Part shown: piece after piece, positions 29,474 through 39,642 of the stretch | How the letters are laid out: the number at the start of each line of letters is the position of its first letter | Numbering within the stretch: the stretch's first letter is position 1 | Source: Bacteroidales bacterium | GTDB taxonomy: Bacteria > Bacteroidota > Bacteroidia > Bacteroidales > WCHB1-69 | DNA: 64,000 bases | NCBI GenBank assembly: GCA_047638115.1 | Contig: JBLJBB010000058.1 | Span: forward strand, 29,830 to 93,829 | Direction of reading: 5' to 3' | Translations under genes and position numbers: made by a program | Notes under the pieces: model-generated | Database searches by the model: none | Seen by the model: only the letters and a program-made list of their open reading frames with translations | What the model was told of the DNA's origin: nothing

Positions 29474-30310
29474 ATGAAATGTAATTACCATACTCATACA
29501 ACCTACTGTGATGGAAAAGAGGAGATGAAAACATTTGTTCAAAAAGCGATAGATTTGCAATTTGATCATTTAGGTTTCTCCTCTCATGCACCCATTTTAA
29601 AAGAGAATAACTTCTCTATAAAAGAAGAGCAAATCCCAAATTATATCAAGGATATTGAAAAATATCAACTTGAATTTCCAAATATTACACTTTTCAAAGC
29701 TCTTGAGTGTGATTTTATTCCAGGTCATACCCATCCTTTTCAGTTTTTTAATGATAGTTTTCATTTTGATTACTTAATTGGGGGGATTCATCTAATCAAA
29801 ACTCCTCTAAATGGTCAATTTTGGTTTATTGATGGGTCTAAAAGACAAATTTATGATGATGGTTTATCAAAATTTTTTCAAAATGATATCAAAAAAGGGG
29901 TTACCGCTTTCTGGGAGCAAACTTTTGAGATGATAGAAACTCAAAAATTTGATATAATTGCACATTTAGACAAAATTAAAATGCATAATCAAAATAGATT
30001 TTTCAATGAAAAGGAGAAATGGTATTTGGATTTGGTAGATTATGCTATTTCATTGCTTTATAAACACAATATTATTGTTGAAATTAATTCAAGAGGGATA
30101 TATAAACAAAGATGTTCAGATTTCTATCCATCTGATTATATTCTAAAAGAGATTTCTAAAAAGGGTATTGCTGTTGTGATAAGCAGTGATGCTCATAAAT
30201 CTGATGAATTAGATCTATTTTACGAAGAAGCAAAAACAAAACTAAAAAGCTTTGGGATCGGAGAAATAGTGTATAAAACAGTAAAAGGTTGGAAAAATGA
30301 TTTGTTATAA
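29474..30310 (+). CDS. PHP-family histidinol-phosphatase (HisJ/HisK type)
   Basis: NYHTHTTYCDG, GFSSHAP, AHLD, EINSRG, SSDAH. Confidence 0.88.
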   Translation: MKCNYHTHTTYCDGKEEMKTFVQKAIDLQFDHLGFSSHAPILKENNFSIKEEQIPNYIKDIEKYQLEFPNITLFKALECDFIPGHTHPFQFFNDSFHFDYLIGGIHLIKTPLNGQFWFIDGSKRQIYDDGLSKFFQNDIKKGVTAFWEQTFEMIETQKFDIIAHLDKIKMHNQNRFFNEKEKWYLDLVDYAISLLYKHNIIVEINSRGIYKQRCSDFYPSDYILKEISKKGIAVVISSDAHKSDELDLFYEEAKTKLKSFGIGEIVYKTVKGWKNDLL

Positions 30311-30333
30311 ATTGGGATTCAAAAACATTTAAT

Positions 30334-30368
30334 AAAAAAGAGACACTGCCCAGATGAGCAGTGTCTCT
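30334..30368 (-). terminator. Intrinsic terminator after the cold-shock gene
   Basis: AGAGACACTGC/GCAGTGTCTCT hairpin with T run on the minus strand. Confidence 0.8.
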
Positions 30369-30398
30369 AAATCATTGTAAAACTAATTATTATAGTTT

Positions 30399-30596
30399 TT
30401 AGTCAATTTTACAAACGTTTTTTGCTTCTTCCCCTTTTCTACCTTGTCCAACTTCATATTGAACTGCATCACCTTCTCTTGGAATTTCGTTTGCTACATT
30501 AGATTCGTGAAAAAAAACGTCTTTACTTCCATCATCAGGAGTTATGAAGCCGAATTTTGATGTTTGTTTGTAAAATTTTACTTTACCTGTTTCCAT
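30399..30596 (-). CDS. Cold-shock domain protein
   Basis: GKVKFY..KFGFI (RNP1), DVFFH (RNP2), GRKGEEAKNV; -7 box at 30666-30673. Confidence 0.95.
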   Translation of the reverse strand: METGKVKFYKQTSKFGFITPDDGSKDVFFHESNVANEIPREGDAVQYEVGQGRKGEEAKNVCKID

Positions 30597-30820
30597 ACTA
30601 TTATTAATATTTTGATTGTTTTTAAACTCAAGACTTTCATCAAGAGTTGATTATTTATTAGATTGCAAAGGTAACTATCTTTTTTGAATAAATGAACGAT
30701 TTTCATTTTTTTTTTATAAAATATTAGATTTATCCCTATTTATAAGAGAATTTTTCATTTTTTTGTATATAAACTATTTCGTACTTTTGCAAAAAATATG
30801 AAAACTAAGTAATCTCATTT

Positions 30821-33274
30821 ATGATTTACCCTAATAATTTTGAACAAAAAATTGGATTTGATGTCATTCGCAATCTTGTTAAAGAAAAATGTATCAGCCA
30901 AATGGGCAGAGAAAGAGTTGATGAAATCCAATTTACATCTGATTTTGAAACCTTAAATATATTGTTGCAACAAACGGATCAATTTAAAAGTGCCATTCTT
31001 TTTGATGATTCTATTCAAGTTCAGGACTTTTATGATATTCGTCCCACTCTTTCCAGAATACATATTGATGGTACTTTTGCTGAGATCGATGAAATAGGTG
31101 AAATAAGAGCCGTAATAACCGCAATTATTAATATTGTGGTTTATTTTAGAGTAAAGAATGATGATCAAAAATATCCCCATTTATGGGAATTATGTAAAGA
31201 TATAGTTCTTGAAAAAGAACTTCTGGAAGCCATAAATAAAATCATTGATCCAAAAGGTCAACTTAGAGACAATGCATCTGAAGAACTAAGAAGAATTAGA
31301 AGAGAGATTATCAAAATATCTGGAGAAGCAGATAGAAAGATTAAAAAACTATTAAATATTGCAAAAAAAGATGGACTGGTAAAGGACGATGCTGAAATGA
31401 CCATTCGAAATGGACGTCTTTGTATTCCTGTTCCAGCTCAATTTAAAAGAAAACTACATGGGTTTATTCATGATGAATCTGCAACTGGACAAACTGTATT
31501 TATTGAACCTACCGATGTTTTTGATGCGAATAATGAATTAAGAGACCTTCTTAATGCTGAAAGAAGAGAGATTATCAGAATACTTACTGAAACAACCACT
31601 TTGATTAGATTCTCATTACCTAATCTTCATATCGGATTAAACTTTTTGGGGTTAATAGATTTTATTAGAGCTAAAGCATTATTTTCAATCTCTATCAATG
31701 GTATTCTACCTAAGATTTATGAAAATCCAATAATTAAATGGGGAAAAGCGATCCATCCCATTTTATATCTAAATTTTAAAAACAGCTCTAAAGAAGTGGT
31801 TCCTTTGGATATTGATTTAGAAAGAGATTCTAGAATATTAATTATTTCTGGACCAAATGCCGGAGGGAAATCTGTTTGCCTTAAAACGGTTGGTTTATTA
31901 CAATTTATGATGCAAAATGGATTGCTCGTGCCGATGCAAGAGTATTCCGAAATGGGTGTGTTTGACTCATTTTTTATCATTATGGGTGATGAACAATCTA
32001 TTGATAACGATCTGAGTACTTACAGTTCACATCTTCGTAATTTAAAGACTATGATTGAACACTTAGAATCCAAATCCCTCTTTTTAATTGATGAATTTGG
32101 TTCTGGGACTGAACCCACATTGGGTGGTGCAATGGCTGAAGCCATTTTAGAACATATTTACAGTACAGGTAGTTTTGGAATTATTACCACGCATTATGGG
32201 AATTTAAAAATGTTTTCTGAAACACATCCCCAAGCAACAAATGGAGCAATGCTTTTTGATACCACGGCTCTTAAACCACTCTTTATCCTCAAACAAGGGA
32301 AACCCGGAAGCTCATTTACGTACGAAATTGCCCGTCAAATAGGTTTTCCTGAAGAGATTATTGCAAGTGCCATTTCAAAATCTGGAACATCTCAAATTGA
32401 TTACGAAAAAGTTTTAGAAGAGGTAGAATTAGAAAAAATGGAACTTGACAAACAATTGAGAATGGTATCACAAACAGACGAAAAACTTGCTGAAATTATT
32501 GATTCATACTCTTTGAAATTTCAAGAATTTGAAAAACAGAGGAAAGAGATTCTTCAAAAAGCAAAAAATCAAGCACTTACAATTATTGATAGTGCGAATC
32601 AGATGATTGAAAAAACAATTAGAGAAATTAAGGAAGTAAAAGCTGAATCGAGTAAAACCAAAGAGATTCGTCAAAATGTTCAGCACTTAAAAGAGGAACT
32701 AAAAAAAGAGATTAAATCGGTGGAAAGAGAAGAGTCTATCAGTCCAATTATACCAATTCATAAAACTTCTATTAAGTCTAAGCCAAATACTCCAGATGAA
32801 GCCCCTATCAAAATTGGAGATTCCGTTTTTATTACTGATATTCAAACCATTGGTGAAGTTACAAAAATTAATGGGAATGAAGTAACACTCTCTTTTAACT
32901 CGATTTCTCTCAAAACCTCGTTGTCAAAATTGGTTAAAATTAGTAAAAAAGAGGCGCGAAATGTAAAAAGAACAGGTCTTTCACAGTTAGATGGAACCAG
33001 AATAGGAGAAGTTATGAATGAAAAAGTTGCTCATTTTAAAACCAATATTGATGTTAGAGGGGAAAGAGCAGATGCCGCAATACAAATTATTGAGAGTTTT
33101 ATAGATGAAGCGGTGTTGTTAAATATACATCAACTTAAAATCTTACATGGGAAAGGTGATGGTATACTAAGAAAAGTGATTCGTCAATATCTTTCCAAGA
33201 GAAAAGAAGTTCGTAAATTCGAAGATGAAGTATTGGAATTGGGGGGTTGTGGAATCACCATTGTAGAGTTATAA
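30821..33274 (+). CDS. mutS2: Endonuclease MutS2 with C-terminal Smr domain
   Basis: HDESATGQTVFIEP, SGPNAGGKS, DEFGSGT, TTHY, HGKGDGILR. Confidence 0.95.
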   Translation: MIYPNNFEQKIGFDVIRNLVKEKCISQMGRERVDEIQFTSDFETLNILLQQTDQFKSAILFDDSIQVQDFYDIRPTLSRIHIDGTFAEIDEIGEIRAVITAIINIVVYFRVKNDDQKYPHLWELCKDIVLEKELLEAINKIIDPKGQLRDNASEELRRIRREIIKISGEADRKIKKLLNIAKKDGLVKDDAEMTIRNGRLCIPVPAQFKRKLHGFIHDESATGQTVFIEPTDVFDANNELRDLLNAERREIIRILTETTTLIRFSLPNLHIGLNFLGLIDFIRAKALFSISINGILPKIYENPIIKWGKAIHPILYLNFKNSSKEVVPLDIDLERDSRILIISGPNAGGKSVCLKTVGLLQFMMQNGLLVPMQEYSEMGVFDSFFIIMGDEQSIDNDLSTYSSHLRNLKTMIEHLESKSLFLIDEFGSGTEPTLGGAMAEAILEHIYSTGSFGIITTHYGNLKMFSETHPQATNGAMLFDTTALKPLFILKQGKPGSSFTYEIARQIGFPEEIIASAISKSGTSQIDYEKVLEEVELEKMELDKQLRMVSQTDEKLAEIIDSYSLKFQEFEKQRKEILQKAKNQALTIIDSANQMIEKTIREIKEVKAESSKTKEIRQNVQHLKEELKKEIKSVEREESISPIIPIHKTSIKSKPNTPDEAPIKIGDSVFITDIQTIGEVTKINGNEVTLSFNSISLKTSLSKLVKISKKEARNVKRTGLSQLDGTRIGEVMNEKVAHFKTNIDVRGERADAAIQIIESFIDEAVLLNIHQLKILHGKGDGILRKVIRQYLSKRKEVRKFEDEVLELGGCGITIVEL

Positions 33275-33303
33275 TAAATTTTTGAAAATAAATAACACAT
33301 ATT

Positions 33304-34557
33304 ATGATCATAGTTTCAATTGGAAATGAAATACTGTATGGAAAAACAGTAAATACAAATGCACCTTTTATTTCAGATCAACTTTATAAAATTGGGATAG
33401 AAGTACAAAAAGTGATCACGATTGGAGATCAAAGAAGTGAAATAGAGTCCACTTTAAATCAAGTTTTTAATGTGTCCGATCTCGTAATTGCTACTGGGGG
33501 TTTAGGCCCAACGAAAGATGATATTACAAAAGAAGTGATTTGTGAATATTTTAAAACCCCTTTAGTTGTTCATCAACCCACTTTAGAACATATTACTAAG
33601 ATGTTCGAAAAGAGGGGCTTTACATTAACAGAAGTGAATCAAAAACAAGCAGAGATCCCTGAAAATGCCATTGTTCTAAAAAACAATAATGGAACTGCCC
33701 CTGGATTATGGATGGAGAGTAATGGGAAAGTACTAGTTATTTTGCCTGGAGTTCCATTTGAAATGAAGTCTATCTTATTAAATGAAGTGATCCCTTTGCT
33801 CAAGAAAAAATATGAAACAAATAAAGTAATCATTCATAAAGAGATTATTACAGCCGGAATAGGTGAAAGCAATCTTTCGGATATGATTGAAACCTGGGAA
33901 TTATCTCTTCCAAAACACATTTCATTGGCTTATTTGCCTAAACCAGGACAACTTCTCTTACGACTTACAGGTAGAGGCGTGAAAGGGGAGGAGACCCAAT
34001 TGAATCAAGAATTAGAATCTCAATTAGTGATGCTCAAAAAAATCGCAAATAAGTATATCATATCTTTTGAAAATGAAAGTTTGGTTGAAGTTATTGGGAA
34101 ATGGTTGAGCAAAAATAACAAGAGATTAGCCGTAGCTGAAAGTTGTACTGGGGGGTATTTATCTCATCTAATTACTTCTATACCTGGAAGTTCACAGTTT
34201 TATGAAGGGGGAATTGTTTCATATTCAAACAATGTTAAAAGAGAGATCTTAAATGTAAGAGAACAAAATCTCAAAAAACATGGTGCTGTGAGTGAGTTCG
34301 TAGTTAATGATATGGCTATTAATACCATGGGTTTATTTGATGTAGATTTTACCATAGCCATTTCTGGTATTGCTGGTCCAGATGGTGGAACCTCTGAAAA
34401 ACCTGTTGGAACAGTTTGGATTGCAGTTGCAAGCACAACAAATATTATTGCTGAGAAATTTAGTTTTGGAACACAGGGTGGAAGGGAAGTAGTGATACAA
34501 CGTGCTGCGAATAGTGCTTTATATATGCTTTATAATATGATAAAAAAGAATTATTGA
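33304..34557 (+). CDS. cinA: CinA family protein (MoCF domain plus NMN deamidase PncC)
   Basis: IGNEIL.G, TGGLGPTKDD.T, AESCTGG, SGIAGPDGG. Confidence 0.94.
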   Translation: MIIVSIGNEILYGKTVNTNAPFISDQLYKIGIEVQKVITIGDQRSEIESTLNQVFNVSDLVIATGGLGPTKDDITKEVICEYFKTPLVVHQPTLEHITKMFEKRGFTLTEVNQKQAEIPENAIVLKNNNGTAPGLWMESNGKVLVILPGVPFEMKSILLNEVIPLLKKKYETNKVIIHKEIITAGIGESNLSDMIETWELSLPKHISLAYLPKPGQLLLRLTGRGVKGEETQLNQELESQLVMLKKIANKYIISFENESLVEVIGKWLSKNNKRLAVAESCTGGYLSHLITSIPGSSQFYEGGIVSYSNNVKREILNVREQNLKKHGAVSEFVVNDMAINTMGLFDVDFTIAISGIAGPDGGTSEKPVGTVWIAVASTTNIIAEKFSFGTQGGREVVIQRAANSALYMLYNMIKKNY

Positions 34558-35498
34558 TAATGTTCATCAGCAATTCTTGCTCCGATAGTTTGAATACAAG
34601 CAGCACCCAGTTTTGATGCTAATTTTCCACTCTCTTCAACAGATAGATTGTTTATCAACCCGTATAGAAATCCTGAGGCATAAATATCTCCAGCTCCTGT
34701 TGTGTCAATTCTATCACCAGGTGCAGGTGGAATTTCTGTAACCACTCCATTTACTTTAACAATAGAACCTCGAGCACCCAATTTAACAACTGCAACAGAA
34801 CAATATTGAGAGAGAATATCCAAAGCTTCTTTTTCTTCCTTTCCTGTGAATGCTTTAGCTTCCTCTTCATTAGCAAAAATAATATCAACGTATTCTACGA
34901 GAAGTTCTTCAACCAAATCGTGCATTGCCTCTACCAGATTGTAACTGGCCATATCCATAGAGATAAGTAGACCATTCTCTTTTGCTTTTTTACAAACTTC
35001 GATTACTAGATCTCTATTAAAAATGAGATATCCTTCAACGTGAATAATGTCATATTGTTTAAATATTTCTAAATCAAGCTCATCTGGAGTCATGGTTGCT
35101 GCTGCTCCTAAATAAGTTGCAAATGTTCGCTCTCCATTTGGAGAGATGAAAGTGGTTGCAATCCCAGTATCAATATCTGAATATAGAAAATGGGTATTAA
35201 TGTTTGCTCTTAACATATCATTTTTGAAAAAATCTCCAGCTTCATCTTTTGAGATTTTCCCTATATATCCTGTCTTTGCACCCAGTTTTGCTAATCCATA
35301 AATGGTATTTGAAGTGGATCCTCCAGAGGCAATTTTTTGTTTGAGATGGCTTATTTCGGAATGAATCGTCCTTTTCTTTTCGGCATCAATCATCTCCATT
35401 CCACCAATTGCTAAACCAAATTTTTCAATTTGTTTATTATCTTCAATCTCTAAAAGCACATCTACAAGTGCATTGCCAATTCCTAATACTTTTTTCAT
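34551..35498 (-). CDS. PfkB family carbohydrate/adenosine kinase
   Basis: GIGNALVD, GGSTSNT, FANEEE, DTTGAGD. Confidence 0.9.
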   Translation of the reverse strand: MKKVLGIGNALVDVLLEIEDNKQIEKFGLAIGGMEMIDAEKKRTIHSEISHLKQKIASGGSTSNTIYGLAKLGAKTGYIGKISKDEAGDFFKNDMLRANINTHFLYSDIDTGIATTFISPNGERTFATYLGAAATMTPDELDLEIFKQYDIIHVEGYLIFNRDLVIEVCKKAKENGLLISMDMASYNLVEAMHDLVEELLVEYVDIIFANEEEAKAFTGKEEKEALDILSQYCSVAVVKLGARGSIVKVNGVVTEIPPAPGDRIDTTGAGDIYASGFLYGLINNLSVEESGKLASKLGAACIQTIGARIADEHYQ

Positions 35499-35506
35499 GA
35501 TATTTT

Positions 35507-36355
35507 TTAACTTTTTAATTTAACAAATTTTGCAGAACACCATTTGTTTTTTTCTTTATGTGAAATATATTGTAATCCTAAACTTTCACATTTTTCTTTA
35601 ATTTTTTCTAAATCATCCTCTACATAAAACCCACTTAAGAAAATGGTTCCATCATTTGTTAAAGTTTCATTATATGCAGGAAGATCTGATAGTAAAATAT
35701 TGCGATTTATATTTGCAATAATCACTTGGTACGTATCACCTTTTATAGTTTTTGCATCACCTAGTTTAACAACAATCTCGTCAGCATTATTTCTCGAATT
35801 ATTTTCAATATTATTCAAATATGCCCACTCGTCATTATCAATGGCAGTAACGGGTTTAGCACCTCTCATATATGCTAGTATGGCAAGAATCCCAGTTCCC
35901 GCACCCATATCCAAGACACTTTTATCTTTTAGTTCCTCCTCTAAAATATACTCCATCATCAAAGATGTAGTTTCATGATGTGCTGTTCCAAATGACATTT
36001 TGGGCTCTATCACAATTTGAAAATCTACATCTTCCATCGGTTCATGAAAGGGTGCTCTGATGTAACATCTGTTTGCAATCAAAACGGGCTCATAATTTGA
36101 TTCCCAAATGGCATTCCAATTTTGAGTTTCAATTGCTTGAATCAAATAAGTGATCTTCACATCAAATTCATGATGATCTAAAATATCTTTGATCTCTTGT
36201 TCTTGGTAAAGCTCTTTAGGAATATATGCTAGTAAAGTGTTTTGATCCTCTCCATCTATAAAACTTTCACAACCAGCATTTGCTAAAATTGATGTAAACA
36301 CTTCCTTCCAGGGTTCAGGGTTGCTGAACACTAATTTTATCTCTAAATAGTCCAT
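35507..36355 (-). CDS. prmA: 50S ribosomal protein L11 methyltransferase
   Basis: IEPKMSFGTAHHETT, LDMGAGTGIL, ANINRNIL. Confidence 0.96.
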   Translation of the reverse strand: MDYLEIKLVFSNPEPWKEVFTSILANAGCESFIDGEDQNTLLAYIPKELYQEQEIKDILDHHEFDVKITYLIQAIETQNWNAIWESNYEPVLIANRCYIRAPFHEPMEDVDFQIVIEPKMSFGTAHHETTSLMMEYILEEELKDKSVLDMGAGTGILAILAYMRGAKPVTAIDNDEWAYLNNIENNSRNNADEIVVKLGDAKTIKGDTYQVIIANINRNILLSDLPAYNETLTNDGTIFLSGFYVEDDLEKIKEKCESLGLQYISHKEKNKWCSAKFVKLKS

Positions 36356-36370
36356 AAAATAGTTTAATTA

Positions 36371-37879
36371 TTATTGCATGATTTGTCCTGCTGTAGAAAA
36401 TTTCAGAGATGAAACCATGTTTATTTTTTTATCCTTTATGATTACTAAAAAGTAACTTTTTTTGTCAATTAAACCTCTAACGGTATAATATTCAGAAATT
36501 TGGTACCCTTTATGATTTTTTTTGACATAATCCTTAATATTAGAACTAATATTATCAATATTAGCTTGTGATCTTAACTCAATCATAGAACCATTACCTT
36601 CCATCACAACGATCTCTTTGCCTCTCACTCCATAATATGATGCTAAATAATAACCTTCATCATCTTCCGACCATTCAACCCCAGTAATTTTAGGATATTT
36701 GAGTTTGAAAGCATCAATTGCAAGCGTAGGTATTTCATTTGGTTTTTCGTTGATAACTTCCTTTTTTAATTTTGTATAATTATCAGAAGGCATATCATTT
36801 TCTGGTTTATATGTTTTTAATATTCTTCCCAATTTATCAAAAACAATGGTAGTTGATGTTTGAGTTTTTACATTTGCTCTTTCATAGAATTCAACTAAAA
36901 ACTTATCTTGTTTATCAGCTCTAGTTTCTTTAATGGCATTTAAAAATCGATATCCTTTATAATTTTGTGTTAAATGTTTTAACATGGGACCAGTAACGGC
37001 TTCTTCAGGTAATTCAGTATATGTTTTTTGCCAGATTCCATCAGCTGTGAAATAAAACTCATTTTTTTGATCTTTAATTTTACATTCTGCGATATAATAA
37101 TCATCCTTTTTATTCCAAACTAAATCAACAGGTTGAATCACTTTTTTTGCAAATGCTTTTTGAACAATTGCTGGAATATCTGAATATTGATCATTCTCCT
37201 CTTTTTCGTTAGTTTTTGGAGGATTTGAAGATTTTGGCTCCGCTTTTGGTTTTGGCTCCGCTTTCACTGTTTGATTTGGTTGTTTAGCTGGTTTAGGTGT
37301 TGTGGCAACAGGTTTGTTTTTCCCTTTTGGATTATTTGATTCAGTAATTTTCCGATCTGCTTTTTCTTGAACCAATTGTTGTGGAGTAAGTTCTGGTTTT
37401 TCAAATCCCTCAGGATCAGTTCTTGTAAGTAATTTTCCAGCATTATCAAATGTCAGAATTGAGTGTTCCGCTCCCAGTACTTCTGGTTTAATTTCAATGT
37501 AGTAATATAATGGGATTTTGGGCTCCTCTCTGATTTCAGATACAATAATATTAAATTCAGGATACTCTTTCTTGATATATTCAAGGATTAATGTGGGTAA
37601 AGTTGATTTTGGAATTAAAGTTGCTGATTTGATAAATGTGCCATCACTTTGAATATAAGCCATAGCTGTTGTTCCATCAACTTTAAAATTTGCAATATAA
37701 GTATCATCAACAAAACTCCATTGAGTTACTTTAACTTCTCCTTGTTCATCTAACAAAGTTTGCTTTACCTCCTCAGGAACTTGATCCGATTTTATTTTTT
37801 GTCCATATGCAAAAAATGACATGAATACAAGGGTTTGTATCCAAAACATAACAGTAAAAAATCGTAGCATTTTACTCAT
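36371..37879 (-). CDS. Secreted protein with multiple PepSY-like (BLIP-like) repeats and a Pro/Lys-rich linker
   Basis: Six units of the type (V/L/I)P..V...(F/I).K.YP...W; ATG 37879 favoured because a -7 box sits at 37905-37912. Confidence 0.7.
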   Translation of the reverse strand: MSKMLRFFTVMFWIQTLVFMSFFAYGQKIKSDQVPEEVKQTLLDEQGEVKVTQWSFVDDTYIANFKVDGTTAMAYIQSDGTFIKSATLIPKSTLPTLILEYIKKEYPEFNIIVSEIREEPKIPLYYYIEIKPEVLGAEHSILTFDNAGKLLTRTDPEGFEKPELTPQQLVQEKADRKITESNNPKGKNKPVATTPKPAKQPNQTVKAEPKPKAEPKSSNPPKTNEKEENDQYSDIPAIVQKAFAKKVIQPVDLVWNKKDDYYIAECKIKDQKNEFYFTADGIWQKTYTELPEEAVTGPMLKHLTQNYKGYRFLNAIKETRADKQDKFLVEFYERANVKTQTSTTIVFDKLGRILKTYKPENDMPSDNYTKLKKEVINEKPNEIPTLAIDAFKLKYPKITGVEWSEDDEGYYLASYYGVRGKEIVVMEGNGSMIELRSQANIDNISSNIKDYVKKNHKGYQISEYYTVRGLIDKKSYFLVIIKDKKINMVSSLKFSTAGQIMQ

Positions 37880-37942
37880 AATAATTATTTTTATATTCAA
37901 TCTTCAAAAATAAGGAAATTTTTGACACCATTAAGAAATAAA

Positions 37943-38368
37943 TTAATCTTGAAAGAAAGTTATTTTCATCTTCTTAATTTTTATCTCATATTTGTTCTCA
38001 ACATACGAAACTAATACATGTTCTAGCTCACTTTCTAATTGAATCTCTTTGATTTTATTTTGATTTACAATAATATAGACATTCTTTTGTTCGTGATTTA
38101 GGTTGTAATATATTTTCCCATTCTGAATATTTTTCTCTAAAATACCAACCAGTTCCATTAATTTTAAGGTATTATAAAGGGTTCCTCTACTGACATAATA
38201 TTTTGTAGATAAAAGTTTATTTTGTAAAAAATTTATTTGAAAAGGAACATTTATTTCAGTAACTGCTCTTAATATTGCAAATCTTTCCTGTGTTTGTCTT
38301 AGCCCATTTTTTTCCAAAGCATTCACAAACAGGTCATATACACTATCAAAAGAATCCTGTAATTTCAT
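37943..38368 (-). CDS. Fur-family-like winged-helix regulator, metal-binding motifs absent
   Basis: GLRQTQERFAIL and YYVSRGTLYNTLKLM match Bacteroidota Fur N-terminus; no HxH/CxxC. Confidence 0.75.
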   Translation of the reverse strand: MKLQDSFDSVYDLFVNALEKNGLRQTQERFAILRAVTEINVPFQINFLQNKLLSTKYYVSRGTLYNTLKLMELVGILEKNIQNGKIYYNLNHEQKNVYIIVNQNKIKEIQLESELEHVLVSYVENKYEIKIKKMKITFFQD

Positions 38369-38431
38369 ATATTACTTTTTGCAAAAATAGGAATAAAATA
38401 GTTATCTTTGTACCCTTAAAAAATAAATACA

Positions 38432-39373
38432 ATGAATGCTTTAACAAAAACCGATTTTTTATTTCCCAATCAAAAAAGTGTTTATCACGGAAAAGTAAGA
38501 GATGTTTATACTATAGGAAATGACCATTTGATTATGGTTGTTACCGACAGAATATCTGCTTTTGATGTTATTTTACCTGAGGGGATCCCTTATAAAGGAG
38601 AAATTTTAAACAAAATAGCTGGAAAATTCTTGGATGCCACTCAAGATATTTGTCCAAATTGGAAAGTTGCAACACCAGATCCAATGGTTACAGCAGGAAT
38701 TGCTTGTGAAGGTCTTCCTGTGGAAATGATTGTTAGAGGTTATTTATGTGGAAGTTCATGGAGAGCATATAAAAATGGAGCAAGATCTATTTGTGGAGTT
38801 CCCATTCCTGATGGAATGAAAGAGAATCAAAAGTTTGAAAAACCAATAATCACTCCAACAACTAAAGCTGAACAAGGAATGCACGATGAAGACATATCTA
38901 AAGAGGAGATCCTTAGATTAGGCCTTGTTACTCCTGAAGATTACGCAATAGTTGAACAATACACCATGAGTCTTTTCCAAAGAGGTACAGAAATGGCTGC
39001 ACAAAGAGGGTTGATTTTAGTAGATACCAAATATGAATTTGGTAAAAAAGATGGAAAAATTTATTTGATTGATGAAATCCATACTCCTGATTCTTCCAGA
39101 TATTTTTATGCGAATGAATACCAAGAAAGATTTGATAAAGGGGAACAACAAAAGCAACTTTCAAAAGAATTTGTGAGAGAATGGCTGATGGAAAATGGAT
39201 TTCAAGGGAAAGAGGGACAAAAAGTGCCTTTAATGACACCAGAAGTGGTTCAATCAATTTCTGCTCGTTATATTGAACTTTATGAAAGTATTACAGGCGA
39301 AACTTTCATAAAAAATGATGTAAATAATCTCTTAGAAAGGATTGAACAAAATGTACTTAACTATCTTAAATAG
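38432..39373 (+). CDS. purC: Phosphoribosylaminoimidazolesuccinocarboxamide synthase
   Basis: [34 protein letters not shown]; -7 box at 38403-38410. Confidence 0.97.
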   Translation: MNALTKTDFLFPNQKSVYHGKVRDVYTIGNDHLIMVVTDRISAFDVILPEGIPYKGEILNKIAGKFLDATQDICPNWKVATPDPMVTAGIACEGLPVEMIVRGYLCGSSWRAYKNGARSICGVPIPDGMKENQKFEKPIITPTTKAEQGMHDEDISKEEILRLGLVTPEDYAIVEQYTMSLFQRGTEMAAQRGLILVDTKYEFGKKDGKIYLIDEIHTPDSSRYFYANEYQERFDKGEQQKQLSKEFVREWLMENGFQGKEGQKVPLMTPEVVQSISARYIELYESITGETFIKNDVNNLLERIEQNVLNYLK

Positions 39374-39384
39374 ATCTAATGAAT

Positions 39385-39426
39385 AAAAAAAAAAGCACAT
39401 TTTAAAAAGAAAATGTGCTTTTTTTT
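39385..39426. terminator. Bidirectional intrinsic terminator between purC and tRNA-Arg
   Basis: A10-GCACATTTT/AAAATGTGC-T8 inverted repeat. Confidence 0.8.
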
Positions 39427-39427
39427 G

Positions 39428-39501
39428 TGATTCCGACAGGATTCAAACCTGTAACCTTCTGATCCGTAGTCAGATGCTCTATTCAATTGAGCCACGGAAC
39501 C
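39428..39501 (-). tRNA. tRNA-Arg (ACG)
   Basis: GGTTCCG/CGGAATC acceptor stem, anticodon arm TCTGA-CTACGGA-TCAGA; CCA not encoded; -7 box at 39519-39526. Confidence 0.95.
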
Positions 39502-39642
39502 ATGATCTGATCAGATGGCAAAAATACATATTTTTTTAATACGGAACTTAAAAAAAATAATTTTTAAAAAAATATAAATGATATTGAAATTTTCATTACT
39601 TTTGCACCCCTTAAAATATTTATAATAAAACAATAAAACATT

